From positions 1 through 60,389 of the forward strand of contig NZ_JAEULU010000278.1 in assembly GCF_016792925.1 (NCBI RefSeq): a stretch of 60,389 nt of DNA. The letters are read 5' to 3'. The position numbers and the translations under genes are program-made. The notes beneath the pieces are model-generated. The model ran no database searches, had not been told where the DNA came from, and was given only the letters and a program-made list of their open reading frames with translations. The stretch is from Gemmobacter sp. (lineage in GTDB: Bacteria; Pseudomonadota; Alphaproteobacteria; Rhodobacterales; Rhodobacteraceae). Below, piece by piece: positions 1 to 10,429 of this stretch (positions are counted from its first letter, which is position 1; the number at the start of each line of letters is the position of its first letter).

Positions 1-124
1 GCACGCAATAGGCCGTGTCGGCTTGCGGGTTGCGCACGCGCTCCAGCTCGGCGGCTTCGGGGCTGGCGGGCAGCACGGTCGCGCCGCCCAACTGCTTGAG
101 ATTGCTATAGATCGTGTCGGTCAT
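1..124 (-). CDS. queF: NADPH-dependent preQ0 reductase QueF, 5' part only (runs off the window edge)
   Basis: Not in the ORF track. Manual translation from ATG 124 gives [41 protein letters not shown], typical of an alphaproteobacterial QueF N-terminus. GGAG RBS at 134-131; 15 nt downstream of queE. Confidence 0.85.
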   Translation of the reverse strand, partial: MTDTIYSNLKQLGGATVLPASPEAAELERVRNPQADTAYCV

Positions 125-139
125 GGGACGCTCCAAAGT

Positions 140-847
140 TCAAACCCCGCGCTGATTGCCCCAGACCCAGACATGCAGCTGCGGCAGCACGCGGGGGGCA
201 AACCAGCCATCGGCGGCGACGGTCTCGATCAGCCAGCGCAGGCGCGCGGCGGCGGTGGGCAGGCAGACCGGGGCCTCGGGGTCGACCTCCGGGTTGCCGG
301 GTTGCAGATAGATCGGCAGGCCGGGATGGCGGGCATGGGCAGCGCGGGCAAAAGCGTAATCCTCTGTATCGAAGATCACGATCTTCATCACCACAGGCGC
401 CGCCCCTGCCGCCGTCAGGCAGGCGTCAAACCGCGCCCAGTCGGTCACCTCGCCGCTGGAGGGGGGCTTGGGGCTCAGCACCAGCATATCCAGCGCCGCG
501 AACCAGTCTTGCGCGAGGCTGCCTTGGGTTTCGCAGACAAAGCCATAGCCCTCGGCCCGGCCAAGCGCGATCAGCGGCGCGAAATCCTGGATCGCCGGAT
601 TGCCGCCCGAGATCGAGACGGCAAGGGGCCGCCCGCCGCTGAGGTCGCGGATGCGGTCCATCACCGCCTCGGGCGTCATGGCAGCCCAGTCATGGCGGAA
701 CCGGCTGTCCACCGCATGCAGGCTGTCGCACCAGACGCAGCGGTAATCGCAGCCGCCCGCGCGCACAAAGACCGTGGGCTGGCCGATCAAGGCGCCCTCG
801 CCCTGCACGGTGGGGCCGAAAATCTCGGCGATGCGCAGGCGGCTCAT
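140..847 (-). CDS. queE: 7-carboxy-7-deazaguanine synthase (radical SAM)
   Basis: [11 protein letters not shown] and CxxxCxxCD ([11 protein letters not shown]) motifs, C-terminal PQLH. Start moved to ATG 847, which overlaps the queD stop (ATGA). Confidence 0.95.
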   Translation of the reverse strand: MSRLRIAEIFGPTVQGEGALIGQPTVFVRAGGCDYRCVWCDSLHAVDSRFRHDWAAMTPEAVMDRIRDLSGGRPLAVSISGGNPAIQDFAPLIALGRAEGYGFVCETQGSLAQDWFAALDMLVLSPKPPSSGEVTDWARFDACLTAAGAAPVVMKIVIFDTEDYAFARAAHARHPGLPIYLQPGNPEVDPEAPVCLPTAAARLRWLIETVAADGWFAPRVLPQLHVWVWGNQRGV

Positions 848-1197
848 GGCCGATACTCGGCCCAGGTCTTTGGCGTCTCCGACACCCGCACGGCGGCGGT
901 CTCGGGCCAGCGCGCCGCGCACCAGTCGTAGAAATGCCGCGCCATCGCCTCGGCGGTGGAGGGGCCGGGGAAGACATCGTTCAGGTGCCGGTGATCGAAC
1001 TGGCTGTCGATATAGTGTTTCAGCGCCGCCAGCTCGTGATAATCGCGCACGAAACCATCGGCATTGAGTGCGGGCGCCGCCAGCTCGACCATGACCACAT
1101 AGTTATGCCCATGCAGCCGCGCGCATTGGTGATCGGCGGGCAGATGGGTCAGTTGATGCGAAGCGGAGAAGTGAAATTCCTTGCAGATGCGAAACAT
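844..1197 (-). CDS. queD: 6-carboxy-5,6,7,8-tetrahydropterin synthase
   Basis: [25 protein letters not shown] and VSET motifs; TGATG overlap with the queC stop. Confidence 0.95.
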   Translation of the reverse strand: MFRICKEFHFSASHQLTHLPADHQCARLHGHNYVVMVELAAPALNADGFVRDYHELAALKHYIDSQFDHRHLNDVFPGPSTAEAMARHFYDWCAARWPETAAVRVSETPKTWAEYRP

Positions 1198-1898
1198 CAC
1201 GCCTCCGCCCGGTTGGCCACGGCCTCGCGCCAGAAATCGGGGTCGGCATAGGGGGTCGGATCGGGCAGGCCCGCCAGATCAAAGGCCTCGCGCCGCTCCA
1301 CACAGGTGCCGCAGCGCCCGCAATGCTGCGCGCCGCCCTTGTAGCACGACCATGTCTCAGTAAAGGGCGTGCCATGGGCCGCGCCCTCGCGCACGATATC
1401 GGCCTTGCTGCGATGCACGAAGGGCGTCCACAGCCGCACATCGGCGTATCCGTCCAGCGCCGCGCGCTGCATGGTGTCGAAGGCCTGGGTGAAAGACGGG
1501 CGGCAATCGGGATAGATGAAGTGATCACCGCCATGCACCGCCGTCGCCACCGCCTGATCGCCCTGCGCCGCCGCGATGCCATAGGCCACGGTCAGCATGA
1601 TGGCATTGCGATTGGGCACCACGGTGATGCGCATGGTTTCTTCGGCGTAATGCCCGTCCGGCACGTCGATATTGTCGGTGAGTGCCGATCCGGTCAGCGC
1701 GGCGCCAATGGCGCGCAGATCGATCAGGTGATGCGGCACGCCCAGCCTTGCGGCGGCGGCGGCGGCAAAATCCAGCTCCTTGCGGTGGCGCTGGCCATAA
1801 TCGAAGGAAACGAGCCGGGTCAGATCGCGGCTGCTGGCGGCGATATGGGCCAGCGATACGGAATCCAATCCGCCAGAGCAGATGACAAGTGTTTTCAT
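1197..1898 (-). CDS. queC: 7-cyano-7-deazaguanine synthase
   Basis: SGGLDS PP-loop, YGQRH, VPNRN, YPDCR and the Zn motif SCY..HCGRCGTC. Start moved to ATG 1898 (AAGGA RBS 6 nt upstream). Confidence 0.96.
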   Translation of the reverse strand: MKTLVICSGGLDSVSLAHIAASSRDLTRLVSFDYGQRHRKELDFAAAAAARLGVPHHLIDLRAIGAALTGSALTDNIDVPDGHYAEETMRITVVPNRNAIMLTVAYGIAAAQGDQAVATAVHGGDHFIYPDCRPSFTQAFDTMQRAALDGYADVRLWTPFVHRSKADIVREGAAHGTPFTETWSCYKGGAQHCGRCGTCVERREAFDLAGLPDPTPYADPDFWREAVANRAEA

Positions 1899-1905
1899 GG
1901 TCAGT

Positions 1906-1939
1906 CCTTGTTTTGATAACCGGGTAGGCTGCGACCGGT
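1906..1939 (-). ncRNA. preQ1 class I riboswitch (translational, overlaps the queC RBS)
   Basis: Minus strand reads ACCGG-UCGCAGCCUAC-CCGGU-UAUCAAAACAAGG: a 5-bp P1, a loop ending in the ligand-pairing C, and an A-rich tail running into the SD. Closely matches the T. tengcongensis preQ1-I aptamer (CUGGGUCGCAGUAACCCCAGUUAACAAAACAAG). Directly upstream of queC. Confidence 0.88.
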
Positions 1940-1993
1940 GCGGGCGTTTTAGGGAATTGAGGCCGGGGCCGCAACCCCGCCCAAAGGCGAGGG

Positions 1994-2980
1994 TCAGCCC
2001 TGCCAGATGACCGAGCCCCAAAGCGTGCCCGCCCCGAAGGCCGAAAGCAGCATGGGCCCTTCGCGCAGCCGCCCCTGTCCCGCCACCCGGCAGGACAGCG
2101 CCAGTGGCATGGTGGCGGCGGAGGAATTGCCATGCTGCGCAAGGGTGCCCGGACAATCGGCACCTTCAAGGCCAAGCCGCGCCGCCACCTTGTCCAAGAT
2201 GCGCTGATTGGCCTGATGCGGCAGCCATGTGGCGATCTGCGATGCGTCAAGACCAGCCGCGCGCAGCGCCTCTTGCGCCGATTGCACCATGCCTTCCACC
2301 GCGCGGGCAAAGACGGCGCGGCCATCGGGCATCCGCATGGTCAAGCCGCCCGAGCCCGCCCCCGACCCCGTGAAAGGCAGCCGCGAGCCGCCCCGCTCGA
2401 TGCGGATCATGTCATAGCCCGCGCCATCCGATCGCAGCACCACAGCGCGTGGCCCCAGTTCAGGATCGCGGGCCGGGCGCAGCAATACCGAGCCTGCGGC
2501 ATCGGCAAACAGCACGCGGCTGGCGGTCTCGGTCGGCTCGATCCGCCGCGACAGCAGATTGGCCGCGATGACCAGCACCGCCTGCCCGGTCATCCGCACA
2601 TGCCCCGCCCCCAGCACCAGCGCCTGCAAGAACCCGGCGCAGGCCCCGGCCAGATCAACCGCGCCGCAGGTCAGCCCCAGCCGATGCGCCACCAAGGGCG
2701 CCGTGGGGGGCAGCAGGTGATCGGGGGTCGAGGTCGCCAGCAGCAGCATGCCCACCTGCGCGGCGTCTTGCCCCTGCAAGGCCATCTGCCCCGCCGGCAC
2801 CGCCAGATCGCTTAACGCCTGATCGGGCGCGGCGTAATGGCGGCTGCGAATGCCAGTGCGCGTCTCGATCCAGCCTGCGGGCAGGCCCAGATCGGCCTCG
2901 ATCTCGGCATTCAGCACCCGGCGCGCGGGCAGGTAATGGCCAAAGCCCGCCATCTCCACCCCGCGCTCAGCCAAAGACAT
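1994..2980 (-). CDS. bioZ: FabH-like 3-oxoacyl-ACP synthase III for pimeloyl precursor synthesis (BioZ)
   Basis: KAS III triad GACAGF / PHQAN / GNSSAA; last gene of bioBFDA, the established position of bioZ in alphaproteobacteria. Confidence 0.88.
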   Translation of the reverse strand: MSLAERGVEMAGFGHYLPARRVLNAEIEADLGLPAGWIETRTGIRSRHYAAPDQALSDLAVPAGQMALQGQDAAQVGMLLLATSTPDHLLPPTAPLVAHRLGLTCGAVDLAGACAGFLQALVLGAGHVRMTGQAVLVIAANLLSRRIEPTETASRVLFADAAGSVLLRPARDPELGPRAVVLRSDGAGYDMIRIERGGSRLPFTGSGAGSGGLTMRMPDGRAVFARAVEGMVQSAQEALRAAGLDASQIATWLPHQANQRILDKVAARLGLEGADCPGTLAQHGNSSAATMPLALSCRVAGQGRLREGPMLLSAFGAGTLWGSVIWQG

Positions 2981-4232
2981 CGGCGGCCTCCAGCAGGGCC
3001 TCGTGGCAGGCGGTCAGGTCGGCCTCTGTGCTGCAATAGGGTGGCAGTAGATAGACCGTATTGCCCAAGGGCCGGATCAGCAGGTTGCGTTCGGTGAAAA
3101 ACCGCAGCAGCGCCGGGCCGGTTTCGGCCATATAGCTGCCCGGCCCGCCGATCTCGGCCGCCAGAAGCGTGCCAAGCTGCCGGGCGCCGCTGACCTTGGG
3201 ATGCGCCGCCAGCCGGGCCAGCCCCTTGGCCTGCGCCGCTGCCACTGCATCAATCCGGGCCTGCACAGGCTCTTGCGCCCAGATCTCCAGATTGGCGACA
3301 CCTGCCGCGCAGGCAATCGGATTGGCAGTATAGCTGGAGGAGTGGAAAAAGGTCTTGCGCCGGTCGGTCGACCAATGCGCGGCGAAGATCTCCTCGCGGC
3401 ACAGCGTCACCGCCAGCGGCAGATGGCCGCCGGTGATCCCCTTGGAGAGGCACAGAATATCCGGCACCACGCCTGCATGATCACAGGCCAGAAAGCGCCC
3501 GGTGCGGCCCCAGCCGGTCATCACCTCATCCGCGATCAGCAGCACGCCATGGCGGGCGCAGATCGCGGCCATTTCGGCCAGAATGGCGGGCGGATAGAAC
3601 AGCATCCCCCCGGCGCCAAGCGCCAGCGGCTCGATCAGCAGCGCCGCCGTTTCCGGCGCGCGGGCCAGTTGCTCCAGCGCGTCCAGCGTCGTTTGTTCGC
3701 GGCCCGGCGCCGGAAAGGGAATGCGGTCCACCGCGTAAAGCAGCGGGTCATAGGGCTGGGTAAAGGCGCCGCGCTCGCCCGCCGACATGGTGCCGACCGT
3801 ATCGCCATGATAACCGTTTTCCATCACCACGATGCGGTGCCGCGCCGCGCCCCGGCCTTCATTCCGGTGGCGGAAATGGCCAAGCGCCATCTTGATCGCC
3901 ACCTCCACCGCCGTCGAGCCACTGTCGGAAAAGAACAGCCGCGTCAGGGCGGGCGGCATATGCGCCAGCAAAAGGCGGGCAAAGTTTTCCGCCGGTTCAT
4001 GGGTATGGCCCGCAAAGATCACCTGATCCAGCCGCCCGGCCTGATCGCGGATCGCCTGCACGATATGGGGGTGGCAATGCCCATGGGTGACCACCCACCA
4101 CGAGGAGACCGCATCAAACACCCGCGCCCCCGCCGCATCGGTCAGCCAGGCACCGCTGGCGCTGGTGATGGCGCGCATCTCGGGGAACAGCGCGTGCTGG
4201 GTGAAGGGGTGCCAGATCGGCGAGGAGCTCAT
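2967..4232 (-). CDS. bioA: adenosylmethionine-8-amino-7-oxononanoate aminotransferase
   Basis: [40 protein letters not shown] (PLP lysine). Confidence 0.96.
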   Translation of the reverse strand: MSSSPIWHPFTQHALFPEMRAITSASGAWLTDAAGARVFDAVSSWWVVTHGHCHPHIVQAIRDQAGRLDQVIFAGHTHEPAENFARLLLAHMPPALTRLFFSDSGSTAVEVAIKMALGHFRHRNEGRGAARHRIVVMENGYHGDTVGTMSAGERGAFTQPYDPLLYAVDRIPFPAPGREQTTLDALEQLARAPETAALLIEPLALGAGGMLFYPPAILAEMAAICARHGVLLIADEVMTGWGRTGRFLACDHAGVVPDILCLSKGITGGHLPLAVTLCREEIFAAHWSTDRRKTFFHSSSYTANPIACAAGVANLEIWAQEPVQARIDAVAAAQAKGLARLAAHPKVSGARQLGTLLAAEIGGPGSYMAETGPALLRFFTERNLLIRPLGNTVYLLPPYCSTEADLTACHEALLEAADVFG

Positions 4233-4876
4233 GCCGCGCCCCCCGGCCCGAAGGCATCGGGCGCAAAGCCCGCGTCAAAACCCGCGCGCAGGCTTTCGGG
4301 TGTGACGGTCTCCAGCCTAGGCAGACGGCCCAGAGGCCGGGCGGCGCCCATGCGGCAGATCGTGCTTTCCACATGCGGCTCGGCCGCGCCGATGAAGGCC
4401 ACGCCATGCAGCGGCACCCCGGCCCGGCGCAGTGCCGCCAGCGACAGCAGGCTGTGGTTGATGGTGCCAAGCGCCGTGCGTGCGCAAAGGATCACCGGCA
4501 ATTGCCAGCGCGCGAACACCTCCAGAAAGGTCACCTGATCGGTCAGCGGCACCATCAGCCCGCCCGCCCCCTCGATCACCAAGGGGCGGGTGGCGGGCGG
4601 CGTCAGGGTGGTGTCGTCGATCTCCACCCCTTCGGCGGCGGCGGCGATATGGGGCGAGGCGGGCAGCCGCAGGCGATAGGCCTCGGGGTGGCAAAAGGCG
4701 CCGGTCAGACGCGCGACGGTCTGGCTGTCGGTCTCCTCCTCCAGCCCGGATTGCACGGGTTTCCAATAGGTTGCGCCAAGGCGCGCAGCCAGCCCGGCGG
4801 AAAACAGCGTCTTGCCGATGCCGGTATCGGTGCCGGTGACGATAAAGGCGGGGGGCGCGGTGAAGCTGGGGGTCAT
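4229..4876 (-). CDS. bioD: dethiobiotin synthase
   Basis: [29 protein letters not shown]. Confidence 0.96.
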   Translation of the reverse strand: MTPSFTAPPAFIVTGTDTGIGKTLFSAGLAARLGATYWKPVQSGLEEETDSQTVARLTGAFCHPEAYRLRLPASPHIAAAAEGVEIDDTTLTPPATRPLVIEGAGGLMVPLTDQVTFLEVFARWQLPVILCARTALGTINHSLLSLAALRRAGVPLHGVAFIGAAEPHVESTICRMGAARPLGRLPRLETVTPESLRAGFDAGFAPDAFGPGGAA

Positions 4877-5997
4877 GCAAGCACCTGTTCAAGCGCGGCA
4901 AGGGCGGCGGGCAGCGCCGATGCGGGCGGGTTGAGTGTCAGTGACAGGCGCAGCCGCTCGGCGCCTTTGGGCACGGTCGGCGCGCGGATGGCGCGGATGT
5001 CAAAGCCCTGCGCTTGCAGGGTGGCGGCGGCGGCAAGGCAGGCGGCATCGCCCGGCAGGATCACGGGTTGGATCTGGCTGCCCGAGGGCACAAGACCGAT
5101 GCCCCGCGCCAGATCACCCGCCTGCGCCACCCGCGCCAACAGGGCAAGGCGGCGGCTCGGGTCGGCCTCCAGATGGGCCAGCACGCCGCGCAGCACCTCG
5201 GCCAGCAGGGGCGAGGGCGCGGTGGAATAGATGAAACTGCGCGCGCGGTTCACCAGCAGCGCGACCAGCACCGGCGCCGCGCAGACCAGCGCACCCTGCA
5301 CGCCAAGCGCCTTGCCGCAGGTGTGCAGCGTGATCACGTTTTCCAGATCGGCAAAGGGCGCGGCAAGGCCCCGGCCCTCCGGCCCCCAAAGGCCGGTCGC
5401 ATGGGCCTCGTCCACGATGAGGAAGGCCTGTTCCTCGGCGGCCAGCGCGGCCAGATCGGCCAGCGGCGCGAAATCGCCATCCATGGAGTAAAGGCTTTCC
5501 ACCGCCAGCCAGACCTGCCCTTTGCCACCCTGAGCCCGCCAGTTTCGCAGCGTGTCGCGGGCCGATTGCACATCATTATGGGCAAAGGCGCGGGCCTCGG
5601 CGGCGCCAAGGCGCAAGCCGTCGCGCGCGCTCGCATGGATCAGCGCATCATGCAGCACCAGATCGCGCGCGGCGGGCAAGACACTGAAAATCGCCAGATT
5701 GGCGCTATAGCCCGCAGCGAAATACAGCGCCGCCCCACTGCCGAAATGCGCGGCGGCAGCCTGTTCCAGCGCGGTGAAGGCGTCATGATTGCCGCGCAGC
5801 AACCGCGCCGCCCCTGCCCCCGGCGGGTGGCCCCGCTCCAGCGCCGCGCGGGTCAGATCGCGCAGCAGATCAGAGCCCGCCAGCCCCAGATAGTCATTCG
5901 AGGCGAAATCGAGGCCCGCCACCGGATGCAGCGCACGGCGGCGCCCGCGCTGATCCAGCGCCTGCAACAGCCCGCGCTGTGCCGCCAGCAGGCTCAT
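4873..5997 (-). CDS. bioF: 8-amino-7-oxononanoate synthase
   Basis: [37 protein letters not shown]. Start moved to ATG 5997 (ATGA overlap with bioB). Confidence 0.95.
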   Translation of the reverse strand: MSLLAAQRGLLQALDQRGRRRALHPVAGLDFASNDYLGLAGSDLLRDLTRAALERGHPPGAGAARLLRGNHDAFTALEQAAAAHFGSGAALYFAAGYSANLAIFSVLPAARDLVLHDALIHASARDGLRLGAAEARAFAHNDVQSARDTLRNWRAQGGKGQVWLAVESLYSMDGDFAPLADLAALAAEEQAFLIVDEAHATGLWGPEGRGLAAPFADLENVITLHTCGKALGVQGALVCAAPVLVALLVNRARSFIYSTAPSPLLAEVLRGVLAHLEADPSRRLALLARVAQAGDLARGIGLVPSGSQIQPVILPGDAACLAAAATLQAQGFDIRAIRAPTVPKGAERLRLSLTLNPPASALPAALAALEQVLA

Positions 5998-6989
5998 GCC
6001 TCGGGCGAGGCGCCGTCGCAGCGCGGCACCTCGGGGCGCAGCCCAAGTTTCTGGAACAGCTGCATGTCGCGATCCTCGCCCGGATTGGCGGCGGTCAGCA
6101 GCGTATCGCCCATGAACAGCGAATTGGCCCCGGCAAAGAAGCACAGCGCCTGCATCTCGTCGCTCATCTCGGTGCGGCCCGCCGACAGGCGCATATGGCT
6201 GCGCGGCATCAGAATGCGGCCAAGCGCCACCACGCGCACGAAATCAATCGGGTCCACCGGGGCGGCCTTGGCCAGCGGGGTTTCAGCGATGGGGATCAGC
6301 ATGTTGATCGGCACGCTTTCGGGATGTTCCGGCAGCGTGGCCAGCGCCAGCAACATGTCGATCCGGTCGCCCGAGGTTTCGCCCATGCCCAGAATCCCGC
6401 CCGAGCAGACCTTGATCCCGGCCTCGCGCACCCGGGCGAGGGTGTCGATGCGGTCGGCAAAGGTCCGGGTGGTGATGACCTCGGGGTAGAAGGATTCGGA
6501 GGTGTCGATATTGTGGTTGTAGTAATCCAGCCCCGCGCCCTTCAGGCGCAGCACCTGATGTTCATCCAGCATGCCCAGCGTCATGCAGGTTTCCATGCCC
6601 AGCTCGCGCACGCCGCGCACCATGGCCTCGATGGCGGGCATGTCGCGGTCTTTCGGGCTGCGCCAGGCCGCGCCCATGCAATAGCGCGTGGCGCCGGCGG
6701 CCTTGGCCTTGCGCGCCTCGGACAGCACGCGCTCCACCTCCATCAGCTTGGAGGCAGAGAGCTGCGCCCCGTTGCGCGCCGATTGGCTGCAATAGCTGCA
6801 ATCCTCGGGGCAACCGCCGGTTTTCACCGACAAAAGGCGGCTCATTTGCACCTGATTGGGGTCGAAATGCGCGCGATGCACGGTTTGCGCCTGAAACAGC
6901 AAATCCATGAAAGGCAGATTATAGATATTTTCTGCCTCGGCGCGCGTCCAGTCGGTGCGAACATCGCTGGTGATCAGATCTTTTGGCAT
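5994..6989 (-). CDS. bioB: biotin synthase (radical SAM)
   Basis: [43 protein letters not shown]. Start taken at ATG 6989 (GTG 7004 is an alternative). Confidence 0.97.
   Translation of the reverse strand: MPKDLITSDVRTDWTRAEAENIYNLPFMDLLFQAQTVHRAHFDPNQVQMSRLLSVKTGGCPEDCSYCSQSARNGAQLSASKLMEVERVLSEARKAKAAGATRYCMGAAWRSPKDRDMPAIEAMVRGVRELGMETCMTLGMLDEHQVLRLKGAGLDYYNHNIDTSESFYPEVITTRTFADRIDTLARVREAGIKVCSGGILGMGETSGDRIDMLLALATLPEHPESVPINMLIPIAETPLAKAAPVDPIDFVRVVALGRILMPRSHMRLSAGRTEMSDEMQALCFFAGANSLFMGDTLLTAANPGEDRDMQLFQKLGLRPEVPRCDGASPEA
6919..6928. promoter_or_regulatory. putative BioR box inside the bioB 5' coding region
   Basis: TTATAGATAT matches the BioR consensus TTATMKATAA at 9/10 positions, and is conspicuously AT-rich within a GC-rich CDS. 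Confidence 0.6.
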
Positions 6990-7074
6990 GATGCTTCGCC
7001 CCACATCCTATGATGGGGCAAGGAATTGACAAGCTATCTATCTTTTGTCCATCATTTTTCAGATGGCGCTCGCA

Positions 7075-7084
7075 TTATCTATAG
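7075..7084. promoter_or_regulatory. putative BioR box upstream of bioB, overlapping the bioR stop codon
   Basis: TTATCTATAG matches TTATMKATAA at 9/10 positions and contains the bioR TAG stop (7081-7079). Confidence 0.65.
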
Positions 7085-7711
7085 TATGCGAGCCAGGTGC
7101 CCCTTGCGGATATGCTGCGCCAGATGGCTGGCGGCGCGCTCGGCCGATCCATCGCGCAGCGCGGCCAGAATGGCCTTGTGGTCGCGGTCATCGCGCGGCA
7201 GAGGCAGGCGCTGGCGCCCGCCCAGATGCATCGCGCCCCGGCGCAGCATCGCTTGCAGTCGCGCGATCTCGGCCATCAGGCCGGGCAGCGGGCAGGGTTC
7301 GATCAGCAGGTGATGAAAGTCGCGATTGGCGGCATCCCAGGCGGCATCCTCAAGGGCGGCGCTGCACGCGCGGTCGGCCTCCAGCAGCTTTGCCAGATGG
7401 CCCGGCGGATAATGCGGCTGGGCATGTTGCAGCGCCAGCGCTTCCAGCGCCGCGCGCATCTCCAGCGCCTCGAAATGCTGCGCCGCCGTCACGCCCGCAA
7501 CGCGCACCCCGCGGCGCGGCAGCGATTGCGCCAGCCCCATGGCCTCCAGCCGCCGGAAGGCCTCGCGCACCGGCACATGGCTGGCCGAAAAGCGCGCGGC
7601 GATCTCGTTTTGCAACAGCCGGGCCTCGGGCTGCAATCGGCCATCCTCGATCTCGGAGGCCAGAGCCGTTACGATGCGATCGGCGAGCGTCGGGTCAATT
7701 TCGTCCTGCAT
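7079..7711 (-). CDS. bioR: GntR/FCD-family biotin regulator
   Basis: wHTH with SHVPVREA and PRRG plus an FCD domain (ANRDFH, DHKAIL). Adjacent to the bio operon, with BioR-like boxes nearby. Confidence 0.85.
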   Translation of the reverse strand: MQDEIDPTLADRIVTALASEIEDGRLQPEARLLQNEIAARFSASHVPVREAFRRLEAMGLAQSLPRRGVRVAGVTAAQHFEALEMRAALEALALQHAQPHYPPGHLAKLLEADRACSAALEDAAWDAANRDFHHLLIEPCPLPGLMAEIARLQAMLRRGAMHLGGRQRLPLPRDDRDHKAILAALRDGSAERAASHLAQHIRKGHLARIL

Positions 7712-7771
7712 GGATTGGACCTACCCTTCACCCGCCGGGATTCCAACTGCAAACCTTGCGGTTCCGGCGCC

Positions 7772-8086
7772 TCAGCCGTCCTGAAGCAGGGCCATCAGGT
7801 TTTGATGGGCGTGCAGGATGCGGATGATCTCGACCTCATGATCTGTTCCGCGCCGATAGATCACCAGATGCGCCCCGCTGGCATGCACGCGCACCGGCGG
7901 CGTGATCTCGCGGCGCTCTGGCGCCATCTCGGGAAAGCGCGCCAAAAGGTCGAACAGCGCAAACAGCCCGTCGGCATAGCGGTCGGCCTGCGCCATGCCC
8001 CAGCGGGTCGCGCCCTGCTGCCAGATCTCTGCCAGATCCGCCTCGGCAGCCGGGCGCAGCGCCCAGCCGTTGTTATGCGCCGCCAT
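7772..8086 (-). CDS. parE: ParE/RelE-family toxin
   Basis: AEADLAEIW..G...WG..QA..Y, HLVIYR, IIRILH. Start moved to ATG 8086, overlapping the antitoxin gene. Confidence 0.9.
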   Translation of the reverse strand: MAAHNNGWALRPAAEADLAEIWQQGATRWGMAQADRYADGLFALFDLLARFPEMAPERREITPPVRVHASGAHLVIYRRGTDHEVEIIRILHAHQNLMALLQDG

Positions 8087-8318
8087 GCTGCGCCCGCAGC
8101 CGCGCCTTGAAGGCTTCGCGGTCCAGCGCCACGGCGGGGCCGCTGGCGAGGCCCGCATCGACAGCCGCCTGAATCTCGGCCACCGCCTCTTGCCGCGCGC
8201 GGTCGCGCCGGATCAGATCGCGGACATAATCGCTGGTATTGGCGTAACGGCCGGTTTTCGCCTGATCCTCGACCCAGGATTTCATCGGGTCCGGCAAAGA
8301 GATATTCATGCTGCCCAT
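8073..8318 (-). CDS. parD: ParD-family ribbon-helix-helix antitoxin
   Basis: MNISLPDPMKSWVE..GRYANTSDYVRDLIR..GLASG; AAGGAG RBS before ATG 8318. Confidence 0.9.
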   Translation of the reverse strand: MGSMNISLPDPMKSWVEDQAKTGRYANTSDYVRDLIRRDRARQEAVAEIQAAVDAGLASGPAVALDREAFKARLRAQHGGA

Positions 8319-8337
8319 GGCGGTCTCCTTCCGTGTC

Positions 8338-8366
8338 AGGATATGGCAAAGATTGCCATCTTGCAA
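8338..8366 (-). promoter_or_regulatory. sigma70 promoter of parDE with palindromic operator
   Basis: Minus strand reads TTGCAA-N17-TATCCT. The inverted repeat ATGGCAA-AGA-TTGCCAT (8343-8359) fills the spacer, as expected for TA autorepression. Confidence 0.7.
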
Positions 8367-8409
8367 GCCGGGCCTGCCGTTGACACCGGAACCCGTCCCG
8401 CCGGCGCCG

Positions 8410-9471
8410 TCACACCGGACGGCGACGGGCCATCATCCAGATGAAGAACAGCCCGCCCACGAGCCCGGTCACCACGCCGATCGGCATATCCTCGGGCGCG
8501 ACGGCCACCCGCGCCAGCGCATCGGCCCAGATCAGGAACACCGCCCCCGCCAGCGCCGAGCCCGGCAGGACGCGGGCCGCATCGCCGCCCAGAACAAGGC
8601 GCACCAGATGCGGCATCATCAGCCCGACAAAGCCGATCAGCCCGGAAAACGCCACCAGAACCCCGGTGATCAGCGCGGCCACGACAAACACCGTCAGCCG
8701 GAACCGCCCGACCTCGATGCCGAGGCTGGCGGCCGTTTCATCGCCAAGGCTCATCGCGTTCAGCCGCCCGGCCTGCGACCAAAGCCACAGCCCGCAGGGC
8801 ACAAGCACCGCTAAGGGCCAGACCAGATGCCCCCATTGCGCCAGCCCCAGCCCGCCCAGCATCCAGAACACAACCGTATGGGTGGCGCGCGGATCGCCCA
8901 GAAAGATCAGGATATTGGCGCAGGCCATGATGACAAAGCTGACCGCCACCCCCGCCAGCACCAGCCGGTCGGCACTGCTGGCCCCGGCCAGCCGGGCCAC
9001 CCCCAGCACCAGCAGCGTCGCCAGCAAAGCCCCGCCAAAGGCCATCAGCGGCACCGTCAGCAGGCCCAGAAACATGCCGGTATGCAGCAGCGCCGCAATG
9101 GCACCGAACGCCCCCCCCGAGGAAATGCCCAGCAGATGCGGATCGGCCAGCGGGTTGCGGGTCACCGATTGCAGGGCCGCCCCCACAATCCCGAGGCCCC
9201 CCCCCACTAGCCCCGCCAGCATCACGCGGGGAAAGCGGATTTCCCAGACGATATTCGCCCGCCCCGCGCTCCAATCCGGCGTGACCAGACCGTGAGCCGC
9301 CAGACCGGGCGCCACCTGATCCAGCGCGATGCGCCAGACCGTTGCCGGCGGGATCGCCACCGCCCCCACCGACACGGCCAGCACGACAGACAGCACCAGC
9401 ACCGCCGCCGCCACCAGCGCGAGGCCCAGACCGGCCCCCAAGCGCCGGACAGCAAAGGGCGGGCGGGCCAT
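8410..9471 (-). CDS. FecCD/BtuC-family ABC permease (cobalamin-riboswitch operon)
   Basis: IRFPR, TRNPLADP, LGDETAASLG, GLIGFVGL. Confidence 0.92.
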   Translation of the reverse strand: MARPPFAVRRLGAGLGLALVAAAVLVLSVVLAVSVGAVAIPPATVWRIALDQVAPGLAAHGLVTPDWSAGRANIVWEIRFPRVMLAGLVGGGLGIVGAALQSVTRNPLADPHLLGISSGGAFGAIAALLHTGMFLGLLTVPLMAFGGALLATLLVLGVARLAGASSADRLVLAGVAVSFVIMACANILIFLGDPRATHTVVFWMLGGLGLAQWGHLVWPLAVLVPCGLWLWSQAGRLNAMSLGDETAASLGIEVGRFRLTVFVVAALITGVLVAFSGLIGFVGLMMPHLVRLVLGGDAARVLPGSALAGAVFLIWADALARVAVAPEDMPIGVVTGLVGGLFFIWMMARRRPV

Positions 9472-9474
9472 GCC

Positions 9475-10407
9475 TCACTGCCCCCAGAAGCCGGAAACCA
9501 GCTTTTCCACCGCCTTGATATTGCGCGGCCCCGGCGTGGCCTCGACATATTCCAGCACCACGAAACGGTCATTCTTCACCGCGTCGATCTGGGCGAAGGC
9601 GGGGTTCTGCTTCATGAAGGCGATCTTTTGTTCGGCAGTGACATCGCCGTAATTCACGATCACCACCACTTGCGGGTTCCGCTCGATCACCGGCTCCCAG
9701 CCGATTTCGGCCCAGCTTTTCTCCAGATCGGACATGATGTTGACCCCGCCCGCCGCCTCGATCATCGCGGTCGGCATGGCATAGGCGCCAGCGGTGAACA
9801 CCGCCTCCTCGCCGCTGTCATAGACGAACACGCGCAGCGGCGCGCTGCGATCCACCCGCGCTGTCACCTCGGCCAGCCGGGCCTTCCAGCCCGCCACCAG
9901 CGCCTCGGCCTTGGCCTCGACCCCGAAGATGCGACCAAGGTTCAGAATGTCGATATACATGTCCTCCATGCTCGACTTCGGCTTGGGGCCAACGAAGATG
10001 CAGCTTTCGGTCAGCTCATAGGTCTTGATCCCGAAGGGGGCGAGGGTTTCCGGCGTCACCTCGCCGCCGACCTTCATGCCGTAATTCCAGCCCGCAAAGA
10101 AGAAATCGGCCTCGGCCCCGGCCAGCACCTCCTTGGTGGGGTATTTGGCCGAAAGCTCGGGCAGCTCTGCCACGCCCTCGCGCATTTCGGCATCCAGCGT
10201 TTTCCAGCCGGAAATGCCGGTATAGCCCACCATCCGGTCGCGCAGCCCCAGAACCAGCATCATCTCGGTCAGGTTCACATCATTGGAGATCGCGCGGGCG
10301 GGCGGGGCATCGAAGGTGACCTCGCGGTCACAGCTTTTGACGGTGACGGGTTGGGCCAGCGCGGCAGAGGCAGACAGCAAAACAGCAGCAAGCGAGAGGC
10401 GAAGCAT
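9475..10407 (-). CDS. periplasmic substrate-binding protein, helical-backbone (BtuF/FhuD-like) class
   Basis: Signal peptide MLRLSLAAVLLSASAALA, PARAIS, DAVKNDRF. Start moved to ATG 10407. Confidence 0.88.
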   Translation of the reverse strand: MLRLSLAAVLLSASAALAQPVTVKSCDREVTFDAPPARAISNDVNLTEMMLVLGLRDRMVGYTGISGWKTLDAEMREGVAELPELSAKYPTKEVLAGAEADFFFAGWNYGMKVGGEVTPETLAPFGIKTYELTESCIFVGPKPKSSMEDMYIDILNLGRIFGVEAKAEALVAGWKARLAEVTARVDRSAPLRVFVYDSGEEAVFTAGAYAMPTAMIEAAGGVNIMSDLEKSWAEIGWEPVIERNPQVVVIVNYGDVTAEQKIAFMKQNPAFAQIDAVKNDRFVVLEYVEATPGPRNIKAVEKLVSGFWGQ

Positions 10408-10429
10408 CAGGGGGCCTTTCAGGCAGGGA

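Noticed and set aside
1-1898. queCDE as part of a 7-deazaguanine DNA-modification (dpd) defence system
   Set aside because: queF follows and a preQ1 riboswitch leads the operon, and no dpdA/TGT-like gene is in the window. This is consistent with ordinary tRNA queuosine synthesis.
1994-2980. Housekeeping fabH
   Set aside because: It overlaps bioA at the end of bioBFDA, which is the BioZ position.
7772-8318. Mobile element boundary around parDE
   Set aside because: No transposase, integrase, terminal inverted repeats or target duplication were seen.
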